DNA of 62,793 bases, filler included, from Planctomycetota bacterium (GTDB taxonomy: Bacteria; Planctomycetota; Planctomycetia; JALXBF01): assembly GCA_026991575.1 (NCBI GenBank). It is 5 parts of 5 records of this genome, joined end to end, with 100 filler letters (N's around TTAATTAATTAA, not from the genome) between each part and the next. Parts side by side here need not be neighbours in the genome. Positions count along the whole stretch, not along the records: positions 1 to 24,238 come from JALXBF010000043.1; positions 24,339 to 48,369 come from JALXBF010000045.1; 3 more parts are not named here. One strand, 5' to 3'. The notes beneath the pieces are model-generated. The model was given only the letters and a program-made list of their open reading frames with translations. It was not told where the DNA came from and made no database searches. Position 1 is the stretch's first letter. Every line of letters starts with the position of its first letter. The position numbers and the translations under genes are program-made. This document shows positions 23,581 to 33,536 of this stretch, in pieces.

Positions 23581-24238
23581 ATGACCGGCGCGAAGCGTTC
23601 TCTTCTTGGTGTGATCGCCATTGCTGCTGTACTGTCGGTCGGCTATCGGCCGCAGGCGTCTGTGGGCCAGGAGCCCAACCTGGGCGGCGACCGCCGGCCG
23701 GCGGGATCGGTCGATGCAGCCGTGTTGCTAGCGGCCTTGCAGGAGCAGTTTGCCCGGGTCATCGCCCGCGCCGAGCCGTCGGTAGTCAGCGTGATTCGGA
23801 TCAAGGGGGTGGAAGCGCGGCATGAGGTCGGCCCGATCTTCCCGCGGGACCGCATTATTCTGCCCGGTCGGAATCGGGAAACCAGCGAACAGATACTCAA
23901 CGACCCACGCTACGTGCCGAACGACTTTGGCAGTGGTGTGATCATCGGCAGTGAAGGACTGATTCTGACCACGTACCACGTCATCCGCGATGCGCACGAG
24001 GTGTACGTGCGGTTTCAGGATGGCAAGCTGGCGGGGGCGAGGATTTGGGCGGCCGATCCGCGCAGTGACATGGCAGTGCTCAAGGTGCCGCGCGACGGGC
24101 TGACGCCGATTGAAATCGGGGCTGCCGAAACGTTGCGCAAAGGGCACATCGTCCTGGCGTTGGCCAATCCGCTGGCTACAGCACGCGATGGCCGAGCGAC
24201 CGCCTCGTGGGGCATCATCGCCAACACGCAGCGCAGCT
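23581..24238 (+). CDS. Trypsin-like (HtrA/DegP-type) serine protease, 3'-truncated by gap
   Basis: Signal peptide, PSVV, GSGVII..G.ILTTYHVI (catalytic His) and DPRSDMAVLKV (catalytic Asp). Confidence 0.85.
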
Positions 24239-24338
24239 NNNNNNNNNNNNNNNNNNNNNNNNNNNNNNNNNNNNNNNNNNNNTTAATTAATTAANNNNNN
24301 NNNNNNNNNNNNNNNNNNNNNNNNNNNNNNNNNNNNNN
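24239..24338. other. Artificial contig-join spacer
   Basis: N44-TTAATTAATTAA-N44, giving stops in all six frames. Confidence 0.98.
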
Positions 24339-24595
24339 TCGGCGATGCGCGGCATCGCTTCGATGTCCGTTTTCACCTGGTTGCCATCGTCTTCTTGATT
24401 TTCGACGTGGAGCTTCTGTTCTTGTACCCGTGGGCGGTAGCGGCGTGGGCGGAGCAGGGCGGCGTCAAGGCGGCGGCCGAGGCGTACGGCGAGGCACTGC
24501 CTCATCTGGTGCTGGCTGAGGTGCTGCTGTTCGTGCTGTTGTTGTTCGCCGCGTACGTCTATGCCTGGCGCCGCGGGGTCTTCGACTGGCACTGA
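24339..24595 (+). CDS. nuoA: NADH-quinone oxidoreductase subunit A, 5'-truncated
   Basis: [32 protein letters not shown]...[10 protein letters not shown]. Confidence 0.93.
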
Positions 24596-24639
24596 GTGGG
24601 CCAGGGGGGTGGTTTCCGGGCGCGGAATGCGAGGCTGTC

Positions 24640-25200
24640 ATGGCGCAGCATGACTGGTTGGAAAACGTTTTCCTGACGCGGCTCAACGAAGCGGCCAATT
24701 GGTGCCGCAAGTACAGCTTCTGGCCGATGCCGTTTGCCACGGCGTGCTGTGGCATCGAGCTGATGGCGACGGCGGCAAGTCGGCACGATATTGCACGGTT
24801 CGGCGCGGAGGTATTTCGCTTCAGCCCGCGGCAAGCCGACTTGATGATCGTCGCCGGGCGGGTGGTCATGAAGATGCTGCCCGTCTTGCAGCGGATCTGG
24901 CTGCAGATGCCCGAACCGAAGTGGTGCATTTCGATGGGAGCCTGTGCCTCCTCGGGCGGCGTGTTCGACACGTACGCCGTTGTCCAGGGCATCGACCGGT
25001 TCCTGCCGGTGGACATCTACGTGCCAGGCTGTCCCCCTCGGCCCGAGCAGTTGATTCGCGCCATCATCGATCTTCAGGAAATGGTGCAACGTGAGGGGCG
25101 CGTCAGGGGACTGGAGCGGTTGCGGCAGCGGGCGCGAACCGGTTTGCCGGTGCTGGGGGCAAGCGAGCAGCCGGGCCGGCCAGAGCCGCAACGGAATTAG
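24640..25200 (+). CDS. nuoB: NADH-quinone oxidoreductase subunit B
   Basis: [21 protein letters not shown] and PGCPPRPE. Confidence 0.97.
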   Translation: MAQHDWLENVFLTRLNEAANWCRKYSFWPMPFATACCGIELMATAASRHDIARFGAEVFRFSPRQADLMIVAGRVVMKMLPVLQRIWLQMPEPKWCISMGACASSGGVFDTYAVVQGIDRFLPVDIYVPGCPPRPEQLIRAIIDLQEMVQREGRVRGLERLRQRARTGLPVLGASEQPGRPEPQRN

Positions 25201-25235
25201 CCGGCTGCGTGAGCAACTGACACGGAGCAGGACCG

Positions 25236-25799
25236 ATGGGCGAGGCGCAGGTTCAGGACAAAGCGGAGGCGGCGGCTGAGCAGCCCGCGTGGCTGGACTT
25301 TGTCGAGCAGACCATCGCTGCGTTGCGCGCCCGCTTTGGCCAGGAGGCCATCGAGGAGTCGCGGTTCCGCGACAACGTGCGCGTTATCGTGCCAGCGACC
25401 AAGGTCTACGAGGTGCTGGCGTTTCTGAAGAACGAACGCGGCTTCGACTTTCTTGTCGACATCACTGCCGTCGACTACCTGCACTACCCGAACGCTCGCG
25501 ATCGCTTCGCGGTGATCTGGTCGCTGATGCGCACAGACAACGGCGCGCGACTGTTCGTCAAGACCTTCCTCAACGAACCTGACCTGACCGTGCCCACCGT
25601 GTTTGACCTCTGGAAAGCGGCCGATTGGCTCGAGCGCGAAGTGTACGACATGTTCGGCATTCGCTTTGCCGGACATCCGAACCTGAAGCGGATTCTGCTT
25701 CCGGAGGAGTTCTCAGCCTACCCGTTGCGGAAGGATTACCCGCTACGCGGCAGGGGGGAACGACACAATTTCCGGCGGCTCACGCGGGAGCAGAGCTGA
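25236..25799 (+). CDS. nuoC: NADH-quinone oxidoreductase subunit C
   Basis: WLEREVYDMFGIRFAGHPNLKRIL...PLRKDYP. Confidence 0.97.
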   Translation: MGEAQVQDKAEAAAEQPAWLDFVEQTIAALRARFGQEAIEESRFRDNVRVIVPATKVYEVLAFLKNERGFDFLVDITAVDYLHYPNARDRFAVIWSLMRTDNGARLFVKTFLNEPDLTVPTVFDLWKAADWLEREVYDMFGIRFAGHPNLKRILLPEEFSAYPLRKDYPLRGRGERHNFRRLTREQS

Positions 25800-25826
25800 A
25801 CAACAGGACTGGTGCGGGAGCTGACC

Positions 25827-27050
25827 ATGGTAACCGAGACGCGGGCCGGTACCGGCCAGGCAGAGCAGGCCGAGCGCGAGTACCTGTGGACCCTTAACTT
25901 CGGGCCACAGCACCCGGCCACGCATACCACGTTGCGCATCGTGCTGACCCTGGACGGGGAGCGCGTCGTCGATGCCGTGCCCGATATCGGTTACCTCCAC
26001 TCTGGCTTCGAGAAACTAGGCGAGCACCTCGATTACAACCAGTACGTGGTCGTCACCGACCGCATGAACTACATCTCGCCACTGGCCAACAACATCGCCT
26101 GGCATTGCGCGGTCGAGAAGCTCCTGGGCATCGAACTGACCCCACGCTGCAAATACATCCGTACCATCTTGGCCGAACTGGCCCGTATCAGCGACCACCT
26201 GCTGTGCGTCGGAGCCGCTGCGCTGGACCTAGGTGCCATGACCGCCTTCCTGTACGCGTTCAACCAGCGCGAGCTGCTCTACGAGATCTTCGAACTGGTC
26301 TGCGGTGCTCGGTTCACCACCAGCTACACCCGCGTCGGTGGCCTGATGTACGACGTAGACGAGCGGTTCATCGCCCGGGTCAGGGAGTTCATCAAGCAGT
26401 TTCCCGCGGCACACGCCAACATCACACGGCTGCTGAACCGGAATCGCATTTTCATTGACCGTACGAAAGGGATCGGAGTGCTGTCCAGGGAGGACGCCAT
26501 CAACCTGGGGTGCACTGGGCCGGTGGCGCGTGCATCGGGTGTCACCCGCGACCTGCGCAAGGACGAGCCATACTTGGCCTACGCCGACTTCGACTTCAAG
26601 GTCGTGTGCATGAAAGAAGGCGATTGCTACGCGCGCTACCTGGTGCGGATGGCCGAGATGCTGGAGAGCCTGAAGATCGTGGAGCAGGCGATCGAGAACT
26701 TGCCCCCAGGCCCGGTGAACGTGGACGTGGGCACGCGGGTCGTGCTGCCGGAAAAGCCCAAGGTGTACACGACCATCGAAGGACTCATCCAGCAGTTCGA
26801 AGTGATCATGAGCAACCGCGGCTTTGAGACACCGGTCGAGGAGTGCTACGGAGCGATTGAGAGTCCCAATGGCGAGCTCGGCTTCTACATTGTGGCGGAC
26901 GGCTCCGACGTTGCCTACCGCGCCCGTTGCCGTCCCCCATCGTTCATCCACTTTGCCGTCTTCCCCTACCTGATCCGAGGACACATGGTCTCGGACGTGG
27001 TTGCCGTGCTGGGCAGCCTCAACATCATCGCGGCCGAACTGGACCGGTAG
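25827..27050 (+). CDS. nuoD: NADH-quinone oxidoreductase subunit D
   Basis: NFGPQHPATH, IGYLHSGFEK, ESPNGELG and C-terminal ELDR. Confidence 0.97.
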   Translation: MVTETRAGTGQAEQAEREYLWTLNFGPQHPATHTTLRIVLTLDGERVVDAVPDIGYLHSGFEKLGEHLDYNQYVVVTDRMNYISPLANNIAWHCAVEKLLGIELTPRCKYIRTILAELARISDHLLCVGAAALDLGAMTAFLYAFNQRELLYEIFELVCGARFTTSYTRVGGLMYDVDERFIARVREFIKQFPAAHANITRLLNRNRIFIDRTKGIGVLSREDAINLGCTGPVARASGVTRDLRKDEPYLAYADFDFKVVCMKEGDCYARYLVRMAEMLESLKIVEQAIENLPPGPVNVDVGTRVVLPEKPKVYTTIEGLIQQFEVIMSNRGFETPVEECYGAIESPNGELGFYIVADGSDVAYRARCRPPSFIHFAVFPYLIRGHMVSDVVAVLGSLNIIAAELDR

Positions 27051-27069
27051 CAAGCGGACGGGTGAGACC

Positions 27070-27570
27070 GTGGCGGAAACGACCGAGCGGAAACAGTACC
27101 TGACCGACGAGCTGCGCAGCCAGATTCTGGCTCTGGCACCGCGCTACCCTACCAAACAGGCGCTGACGCTGCCTGCTCTCCATCTGGTGCAGCACACCTA
27201 CCGCTACGTGGCGCCGGAGGCGATCGTTGAGATCGCTGAGTTGCTTGAGCTGGCGCCGGCTCAGGTGCTCGACACGATGACGTTCTACGGCAGCTTTTTC
27301 CGCACGCCAGACGCGCCGCTGGGTGAGTATCGCGTCTGGGTGTGCCGGTCGCTGCCCTGCTGTATGTGCGGCGGTGAAGAACTGCTCGATCGGCTCTGCA
27401 CCAGGCTCGGCATCCGACCGGGCGAGACCACCGCCGATGGCAAGGCAACGGTCGAGGCGGCCGAATGCCTGGGTGCCTGCGAGCTGGCTCCGTGCGTCTG
27501 GGTCAACGGCGAGGTCTGCAAGGTTGACAGCGAACAGGCTCTGGAGGCGCTCATCGAGCGGCTCCGCTGA
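27070..27570 (+). CDS. nuoE: NADH-quinone oxidoreductase subunit E
   Basis: VCRSLPC...ECLGACELAP [2Fe-2S] motif; operon position. Confidence 0.95.
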   Translation: MAETTERKQYLTDELRSQILALAPRYPTKQALTLPALHLVQHTYRYVAPEAIVEIAELLELAPAQVLDTMTFYGSFFRTPDAPLGEYRVWVCRSLPCCMCGGEELLDRLCTRLGIRPGETTADGKATVEAAECLGACELAPCVWVNGEVCKVDSEQALEALIERLR

Positions 27571-27597
27571 GCGGGTCTGCGACGAGGACGAACCGAC

Positions 27598-28941
27598 GTG
27601 GCTACCGACTTCGAGCCCGTACTGCTGGCCAACGTGGGCGTGCCCGACTCGCAGCGACTGGAGGTCTACCGCCAACGCGGTGGCTACCGCGCGCTGGAAA
27701 AGACGCTGCGGGAATACAGCCCCGAGGAGGTCGTGGAGCTGGTGGTGCAAAGCAAGCTCCGCGGCCGCGGGGGCGCTGGCTTCCCGTGCGGCATGAAATG
27801 GAAATTCCTGCCCAAAGACCGTACCGTCACCTACCTGTGCGTCAACGCCGATGAAAGCGAACCGGGCACGTTCAACAACCGCATCCTGATGGAGAACGAC
27901 CCGCACCAGGTGCTGGAAGGCATTGCGATTGCCGCCTACGCCACTCGGGCCCAGACCGCTTACATCTACATCCGCTACGAATACGTCCGGGCATACGAGA
28001 CCCTGCAGCAGGCGATCAACGAAGCGTACGAGGCTGGCATCCTGGGCGAGCGGGTGCTTGGCAGCGACTTCTCGTTGAACGTCTACCTGCATCGCGGAGC
28101 CGGGGCGTACATCTGCGGCGAAGAGACCGGGCTTATCGAGAGTCTGGAGGGCAAGCGAGGCTGGCCTCGCACCAAGCCGCCCTACCCGGCCGTGGAAGGT
28201 GTCTTCCGCAAGCCCACCGTGGTCAACAACGTCGAGACCCTGTGCTGTGTCAAGCACATCATGGACCGCGGGGTCGATTGGTTCCTGTCCATCGGTGTAC
28301 CGGCTGACCCAAACAATCCGCGCGACCTGGGCAGTTATGGCCCGAAGCTCTACTGCGTCTCCGGTCACGTGAACCGTCCGGGCTGCTACGAACTGCCGCT
28401 GGGCGTCCCCTGCCGCGAACTGATCGAACGTTACGGTGGTGGGGTCCGAGGCGGCAAGCGGGCAAAGGCGGTGATCCCCGGCGGTTTGTCCATGGGCTTC
28501 CTGAAAGAAGACGAATTGGACACGCCCTTGGACTTCAACAGCCTGCAGAAGGTGGGCTGCCTTGGGCTGGGCACGGCAGCCGTGGTCGTCTTCGATGAGG
28601 ATACCTCGATCGTAGAGCTGCTTCACCGCAGTTGTCGGTTCTTCGCGCACGAGTCGTGCGGCCAGTGCACGCCGTGTCGCGAAGGGACCGGTTGGATGTA
28701 CCGGATCCTGACGCGGATCCTCCACGGCGAAGGCCGCATCGAGGACCTGGACCTGCTGCTGGAACTGGCCGATTCGATGGGCATCATCCCTGGGACCACG
28801 ATCTGCGGACTCGCTGACGGGGCCGCCTGGCCGGTGAAGACAGCGATCCGTAAGTTCCGGGACGAATTCGAAGCATTCATTCGCTCGGGCTCGCGTCTAA
28901 CTGCAGCGTCCTCCGGTAGTGCGGCGGGCGAAGCGTCGTGA
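27598..28941 (+). CDS. nuoF: NADH-quinone oxidoreductase subunit F
   Basis: LRGRGGAGF, NADESEPGT, GAGAYICGEET and ESCGQCTPCREG. Confidence 0.98.
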   Translation: MATDFEPVLLANVGVPDSQRLEVYRQRGGYRALEKTLREYSPEEVVELVVQSKLRGRGGAGFPCGMKWKFLPKDRTVTYLCVNADESEPGTFNNRILMENDPHQVLEGIAIAAYATRAQTAYIYIRYEYVRAYETLQQAINEAYEAGILGERVLGSDFSLNVYLHRGAGAYICGEETGLIESLEGKRGWPRTKPPYPAVEGVFRKPTVVNNVETLCCVKHIMDRGVDWFLSIGVPADPNNPRDLGSYGPKLYCVSGHVNRPGCYELPLGVPCRELIERYGGGVRGGKRAKAVIPGGLSMGFLKEDELDTPLDFNSLQKVGCLGLGTAAVVVFDEDTSIVELLHRSCRFFAHESCGQCTPCREGTGWMYRILTRILHGEGRIEDLDLLLELADSMGIIPGTTICGLADGAAWPVKTAIRKFRDEFEAFIRSGSRLTAASSGSAAGEAS

Positions 28942-28948
28942 GGCTGCG

Positions 28949-30634
28949 ATGGCGACGATTCTGATTAACGGCCAAGAAGTCACCATCCCCGATGGCCAGC
29001 GATTGAACCTGATTCAGGCCGCTGCGCTGGCAGGTATCGAAATCCCGCACTACTGCTACCACCCCGGTCTGAGTGTGGTGGCCAGTTGTCGGATGTGCCT
29101 GGTGGAGGTGGGCCAGCGCGACGCGGACGGCAACATTCGGATGATGCCCAAGCTGGTGCCTGCCTGCGCAACACCGGCCACGGACGGCACCGTCGTGGTG
29201 ACCAACTCCGAGAAGGTCCGGCATGCCGAGTCTCTGGTCGAGGAATGCCTGCTGCTGGACCACCCCGTAGACTGCCCAATTTGCGACCAGGCCGGGGAGT
29301 GCTACCTGCAGGACTACTTCTACAAGTACGGCCAGCGCGAGCGGCGCGCCCCGGAGACCCCATTCACCAGCCGCCGCAAAGACCTCGGACCGTACGTCAC
29401 CCTCTTCGTGAACCGCTGCATCATGTGTAGCCGCTGCGTGCGGTTCACGCGCGAGGTGTCCGGCACCGGGGAGCTGGCAGTCGTCCGCCGCGGCAACAAG
29501 GCGATCATCGATGTCTTCGACGATTACCAGCTCGACAACCCCCTGTCGGGCAACACCGTCGACATCTGCCCGGTCGGCGCACTGTGTTCTATCCCGTTCC
29601 TCTATAAGCAGCGCGTCTGGTTCCTACGCGGAAACCGCTCGATCTGCCTGCGGTGCAGCACCGGCTGTGCTATCCAGGTTGATCACAACCGAAACCGGGT
29701 ATATCGGCTTAAGCCCCGGTACAACCCGAACGCGAACGACTGGTGGATGTGCGACTTCGGCCGGTTCGGCTTCGACTACGTGTACGCGGAGGACCGCCTG
29801 CGGCAACCCATGCGGCGAACCGATGGGATGCTCCAACCGGTCAGCTGGGACGATATCGCCGAGCGGTTCGCGGAGCTGTGGCGCGAGGCGGCCGGGCAAG
29901 ATGGAACAGGAACGATCGCTGTCGTGCTTTCACCGTTTCTCTCCTGTGAAGACGCTTACCTGAGCTGCCTGTACTTCAGGAATCTCGCGTTACCGGTACG
30001 TTTCTACTTAGGGCGCGTCCCGGTTCACGGGGCTGATGAGACCTTTCCCAGGCGGCTTCTCGGTGCCATTACCAACGGCCGGCAGCAGGAGCCCCGGTTC
30101 GTGATCCGTGCCGAGCGGTGTCCGAACCGCCGGGGGGTGGAGGCCATCATCAGGCATTTTCAGGGGGAAGTTCCCGGCTTTGACGACTTCCTGCGCGACG
30201 CGCGGCAACAGGATATTGCTGCTGCCTATCTGACGGGCGGGTATCCGGAATCGTGGCTGACCGAGCAGGAGGCCGACGTGATGGGCATGCTCCGCTGCCT
30301 GGTTGTGCACGACGTGCTACCAGGACCGCACCTGAGACATGCCTCGGTTGTGCTGCCGATGGCCGTCTGGTTTGAGCGCGCGGGTTCGTACGTCAACTAC
30401 AACGGCACGCTGCAGTGCACGGAGCGGGCCGTACTGCCGGCGGCGGACGCCCGTAGTGTTGGCCGGCTGATGTGGGCACTGCTGGGGCGGACGCGTTTGT
30501 ACCGTCCGGAGGTCGTATTGGAGGAGCTGGCTGAGGAAGTGCCGGTATTTGCACCTGCCGCGGAGTTGAAGGGGGAGTTCCCCGAGTACGGTGTTCGTTT
30601 GGACCTCAGCGAGCCTGCGCACGAAGCCGTTTAA
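28949..30634 (+). CDS. nuoG: NADH-quinone oxidoreductase subunit G (short form)
   Basis: IPHYCYH...CRMCLV, HPVDCPICDQAGEC, CIMCSRC...CPVGAL and the CX2CX3CX27C (N7) motif. Confidence 0.93.
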   Translation: MATILINGQEVTIPDGQRLNLIQAAALAGIEIPHYCYHPGLSVVASCRMCLVEVGQRDADGNIRMMPKLVPACATPATDGTVVVTNSEKVRHAESLVEECLLLDHPVDCPICDQAGECYLQDYFYKYGQRERRAPETPFTSRRKDLGPYVTLFVNRCIMCSRCVRFTREVSGTGELAVVRRGNKAIIDVFDDYQLDNPLSGNTVDICPVGALCSIPFLYKQRVWFLRGNRSICLRCSTGCAIQVDHNRNRVYRLKPRYNPNANDWWMCDFGRFGFDYVYAEDRLRQPMRRTDGMLQPVSWDDIAERFAELWREAAGQDGTGTIAVVLSPFLSCEDAYLSCLYFRNLALPVRFYLGRVPVHGADETFPRRLLGAITNGRQQEPRFVIRAERCPNRRGVEAIIRHFQGEVPGFDDFLRDARQQDIAAAYLTGGYPESWLTEQEADVMGMLRCLVVHDVLPGPHLRHASVVLPMAVWFERAGSYVNYNGTLQCTERAVLPAADARSVGRLMWALLGRTRLYRPEVVLEELAEEVPVFAPAAELKGEFPEYGVRLDLSEPAHEAV

Positions 30635-30643
30635 GGGCTGGCT

Positions 30644-31786
30644 ATGACCGTAGTCTGGATCGTGCTCAAGATCCTTGTGGTCACGGCGTTCATCCAGCTC
30701 GCCGTGGCGTACCTGATCCTGCTGGAGCGCAAGATCGCTGCGTACATCCAGCAGCGAATCGGGCCCAACCGAGCCGGCTGGCACGGGATTCTCCAGCCGA
30801 TCGCCGACGGTGTGAAGTTCCTGCTCAAGGAGGACTTTGTCCCCGAGAGCGCCAACAAGTTTCTCCACGCGCTCGCACCGGCTATCGCCATGGTCACCGC
30901 TGTCATGGCCTTTGCCGTGGTGCCTTTCGGCCCCACAGACCCGTCCGACCCAGACGCACCACAGTTCGTGATTGCCCCCGGCATCGACGTCGGACTGCTG
31001 TACATCTTCTCGGTCAGCAGTCTGGCGGTCTACGCTGTGATCCTGGGCGGTTGGGCTTCGAACAACAAGTACAGTTTCCTGGGGGGGCTGCGCTCGGCGG
31101 CCCAGGTGATCAGCTATGAGATTCCGCTGGGGCTAGCCGTCCTCGGCGTCATCCTGCTTGCCCGATCACTGAACCTGGAGCAGATCGTCGCCGCCCAGGC
31201 TGACCGGGTCTGGTTCGTCTTCTACCAGCCCCTTGGTTTTCTGATCTTCCTGGCTGCAGCCTTTGCCGAAACCAACCGCGCTCCGTTTGATCTGCCGGAA
31301 TGTGAGCAGGAGCTTGTGGGCGGCTATCACACCGAGTATTCCGGGATGAAGTTCGCGTTGTTCTTCCTCGGGGAATACACGCACATCATTACGGTCAGCT
31401 ACTTGACGGCGATCCTGTTCTTCGGCGGCTGGGACCTGCCGTTCATTGTCTCGGCCGATGACCGTGGCTTTCTGGCCGGGTTGCTCAAGGTGCTGGTTCT
31501 GTTGGTGAAGGCGTTCTGCATGATCGTGTTCATGATGTGGGTGCGTTGGACGCTGCCGCGGTTTCGTTTTGACCAACTGATGAGGCTTGCCTGGAAGGCG
31601 CTGATCCCGCTCGCATTGCTGAATCTGGTCCTGACCGCTGTGCTGGTCCACGTTGCCCGGAGCTTTGGGTTAGTGGACCAGTTTCGGGTGGCTGTCGCCT
31701 ACCTGTGGGTTATTGGTGCGATTGTGCTTGTCATCGCGGTGGGCTGGCTGATCAACGCATCGCGTCGGTCGGCCTACGGTACGTAG
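30644..31786 (+). CDS. nuoH: NADH-quinone oxidoreductase subunit H
   Basis: ERKIAAYIQQRIGPNR, AETNRAPFDLPE and PRFRFDQLM. Confidence 0.97.
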   Translation: MTVVWIVLKILVVTAFIQLAVAYLILLERKIAAYIQQRIGPNRAGWHGILQPIADGVKFLLKEDFVPESANKFLHALAPAIAMVTAVMAFAVVPFGPTDPSDPDAPQFVIAPGIDVGLLYIFSVSSLAVYAVILGGWASNNKYSFLGGLRSAAQVISYEIPLGLAVLGVILLARSLNLEQIVAAQADRVWFVFYQPLGFLIFLAAAFAETNRAPFDLPECEQELVGGYHTEYSGMKFALFFLGEYTHIITVSYLTAILFFGGWDLPFIVSADDRGFLAGLLKVLVLLVKAFCMIVFMMWVRWTLPRFRFDQLMRLAWKALIPLALLNLVLTAVLVHVARSFGLVDQFRVAVAYLWVIGAIVLVIAVGWLINASRRSAYGT

Positions 31787-31804
31787 CGGCGAGGATACGG
31801 TCCC

Positions 31805-32365
31805 ATGCGACCTGACGATCCGGACATCCTGTGGCTGGAAGAGCCCAAGCTGACGCTGGCCGAGCGCCTCTACCTGCCGGCCATTATCGAGGGGCTCAGT
31901 GTGACCGGCCGGGTGGCGCTACAGAAGAAGATCACACGCCAGTACCCGGATGAGCCGTACCGGCCAGAGGATCCGATCAAGTACCGCGGCGTTCATCGGC
32001 TGAACCGTGACGAGCAGGGCAGGGTCAAGTGCGTGGCCTGCTTCCTGTGTGCGACGGCGTGTCCGGCACACTGCATCGACATCGTGGCGGCCGAGGCACC
32101 CTGGCCGGATCGGGAAAAGTACCCGGAGCATTTTGTCATCGACGAACTGCGCTGCATCTACTGCGGTATGTGCGAGGAGGCGTGCCCGGTGGACGCCATT
32201 GAGCTGACCTCGTTCTATGACCTGACGGGTTGGACGCGCGAGGAGATGATCTTCGACAAGGAAAAACTGCTCAGCGTCTACGACCAGACCGCGCAGCAGG
32301 AACCGTTGCGCACCGCTGGCTTTCGACTGGCGCAGACGCCACCCGATGAGGCAGAGGAGCACTGA
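31805..32365 (+). CDS. nuoI: NADH-quinone oxidoreductase subunit I
   Basis: Two CxxCxxCxxxCP motifs. Confidence 0.96.
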   Translation: MRPDDPDILWLEEPKLTLAERLYLPAIIEGLSVTGRVALQKKITRQYPDEPYRPEDPIKYRGVHRLNRDEQGRVKCVACFLCATACPAHCIDIVAAEAPWPDREKYPEHFVIDELRCIYCGMCEEACPVDAIELTSFYDLTGWTREEMIFDKEKLLSVYDQTAQQEPLRTAGFRLAQTPPDEAEEH

Positions 32366-32368
32366 GCC

Positions 32369-33094
32369 ATGGTGAGCATCGCACTGGTTGCGGCAGCCTG
32401 CTCAGCAGCGGCGTTCCTCCTGGCCCTGCCCAGGGGGCAGATCGGCACCGGCCGACTCATCGGCTACGCACTGGGGGGGGTTGCCCTGTTGCTGATCTGG
32501 CTGCTTCTGGACGCCGTACCCGGCCGTGCCGGGCTGACGGTCATCACTTACCTGGCCGGTGCGTTCGCGATCGTTGCGGCTTTCCTGATGGTGACCCGAC
32601 GTAGCCCGGTGGCGTCGGCGCTTTGGTTTGCAGCAAGCGTTGTTTCGGGTGCCGTGCTCATGTTCGCCGCCGGGGCCCAGTTTCTCGGGGCGGCGACGGT
32701 GATCGTGTACGCCGGTGCGGTAATCGTCATGTTTCTGTTCGTCATCATGCTAGCGCAGCAGGAGGGCTGGGCCCCGTGCGACCGGGAGGCACACGAGGCG
32801 CCGCTGGCGGCACTGACGCTGCTTTTCTTGCTGGTTGCCCTGCTGGGGGCGGCGGCCAGGTACCGCCCTGCCGGGCCGTATGTTCCCAAGCCCCAACAGC
32901 AGTACGTGTCCTCTGTAGCGGCGATTGAGCAGAAACCGCATACAGCGGGGCTGGGCGCTCTGCTGTTCAGCGAACACGTGGTCACGATCGAGGTCGTGGG
33001 CACGCTGCTATTGGTGGCCATGGTCGGGGCGGTTGTCATCGCGGCACGCCGTCTGATCGTGCCGCCTCCGGAGGATGCCACGAACGTGGGATGA
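32369..33094 (+). CDS. nuoJ: NADH-quinone oxidoreductase subunit J
   Basis: VYAGAVIVMFLFVIML and E...LLLVAMVGAV. Confidence 0.93.
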   Translation: MVSIALVAAACSAAAFLLALPRGQIGTGRLIGYALGGVALLLIWLLLDAVPGRAGLTVITYLAGAFAIVAAFLMVTRRSPVASALWFAASVVSGAVLMFAAGAQFLGAATVIVYAGAVIVMFLFVIMLAQQEGWAPCDREAHEAPLAALTLLFLLVALLGAAARYRPAGPYVPKPQQQYVSSVAAIEQKPHTAGLGALLFSEHVVTIEVVGTLLLVAMVGAVVIAARRLIVPPPEDATNVG

Positions 33095-33101
33095 TGGCGC
33101 G

Positions 33102-33536
33102 ATGCCGGTTGAGTTCGTACGCAATTACCTGATCATCAGCAGTGTCCTGTTCAGCATCGGTGCGGCAGGCTTCGTCGCACGCCGGAACCTGATCACGATG
33201 TTCCTCAGTGTGGAGCTGATGCTGCAGGGAGTCGCGCTGAGTCTGGTTGCCTTTGGTCGTGCCTGGGGCAACTACCACGGCGAAGTGTTCGCCCTGTTCG
33301 TGATCGCGGTGGCCGCTGCCGAAGCGGCAATCGCGCTGGCACTGGTCCTGGTGCTTTACCGCCACCGCCACTCGCTCGATGTGTTCTGGTGGCAGCAGCT
33401 CCGTGAGCCGGGCACGACGCCGCCGGTGCCTGAGCCTGTCGAGGAGGCAGAGGTTTCTACCGAAGTGCACTGGCCAAAGCTACCGCCCGCGGGAATCGAG
33501 CCGGTCCGGGAAAAGGAAACGATCGATGTCGGATAG
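33102..33536 (+). CDS. nuoK: NADH-quinone oxidoreductase subunit K
   Basis: RRNLITMFLSVELML and VAAAEAAIALA. Confidence 0.94.
   Translation: MPVEFVRNYLIISSVLFSIGAAGFVARRNLITMFLSVELMLQGVALSLVAFGRAWGNYHGEVFALFVIAVAAAEAAIALALVLVLYRHRHSLDVFWWQQLREPGTTPPVPEPVEEAEVSTEVHWPKLPPAGIEPVREKETIDVG

Noticed and set aside
24239..24338. TTAATTAATTAA flanked by N runs, repeated at 48370, 54733 and 60973
   Set aside because: Identical 100-nt artificial spacers. Adjacency across them is not biological, and ORFs that run into them are truncated.
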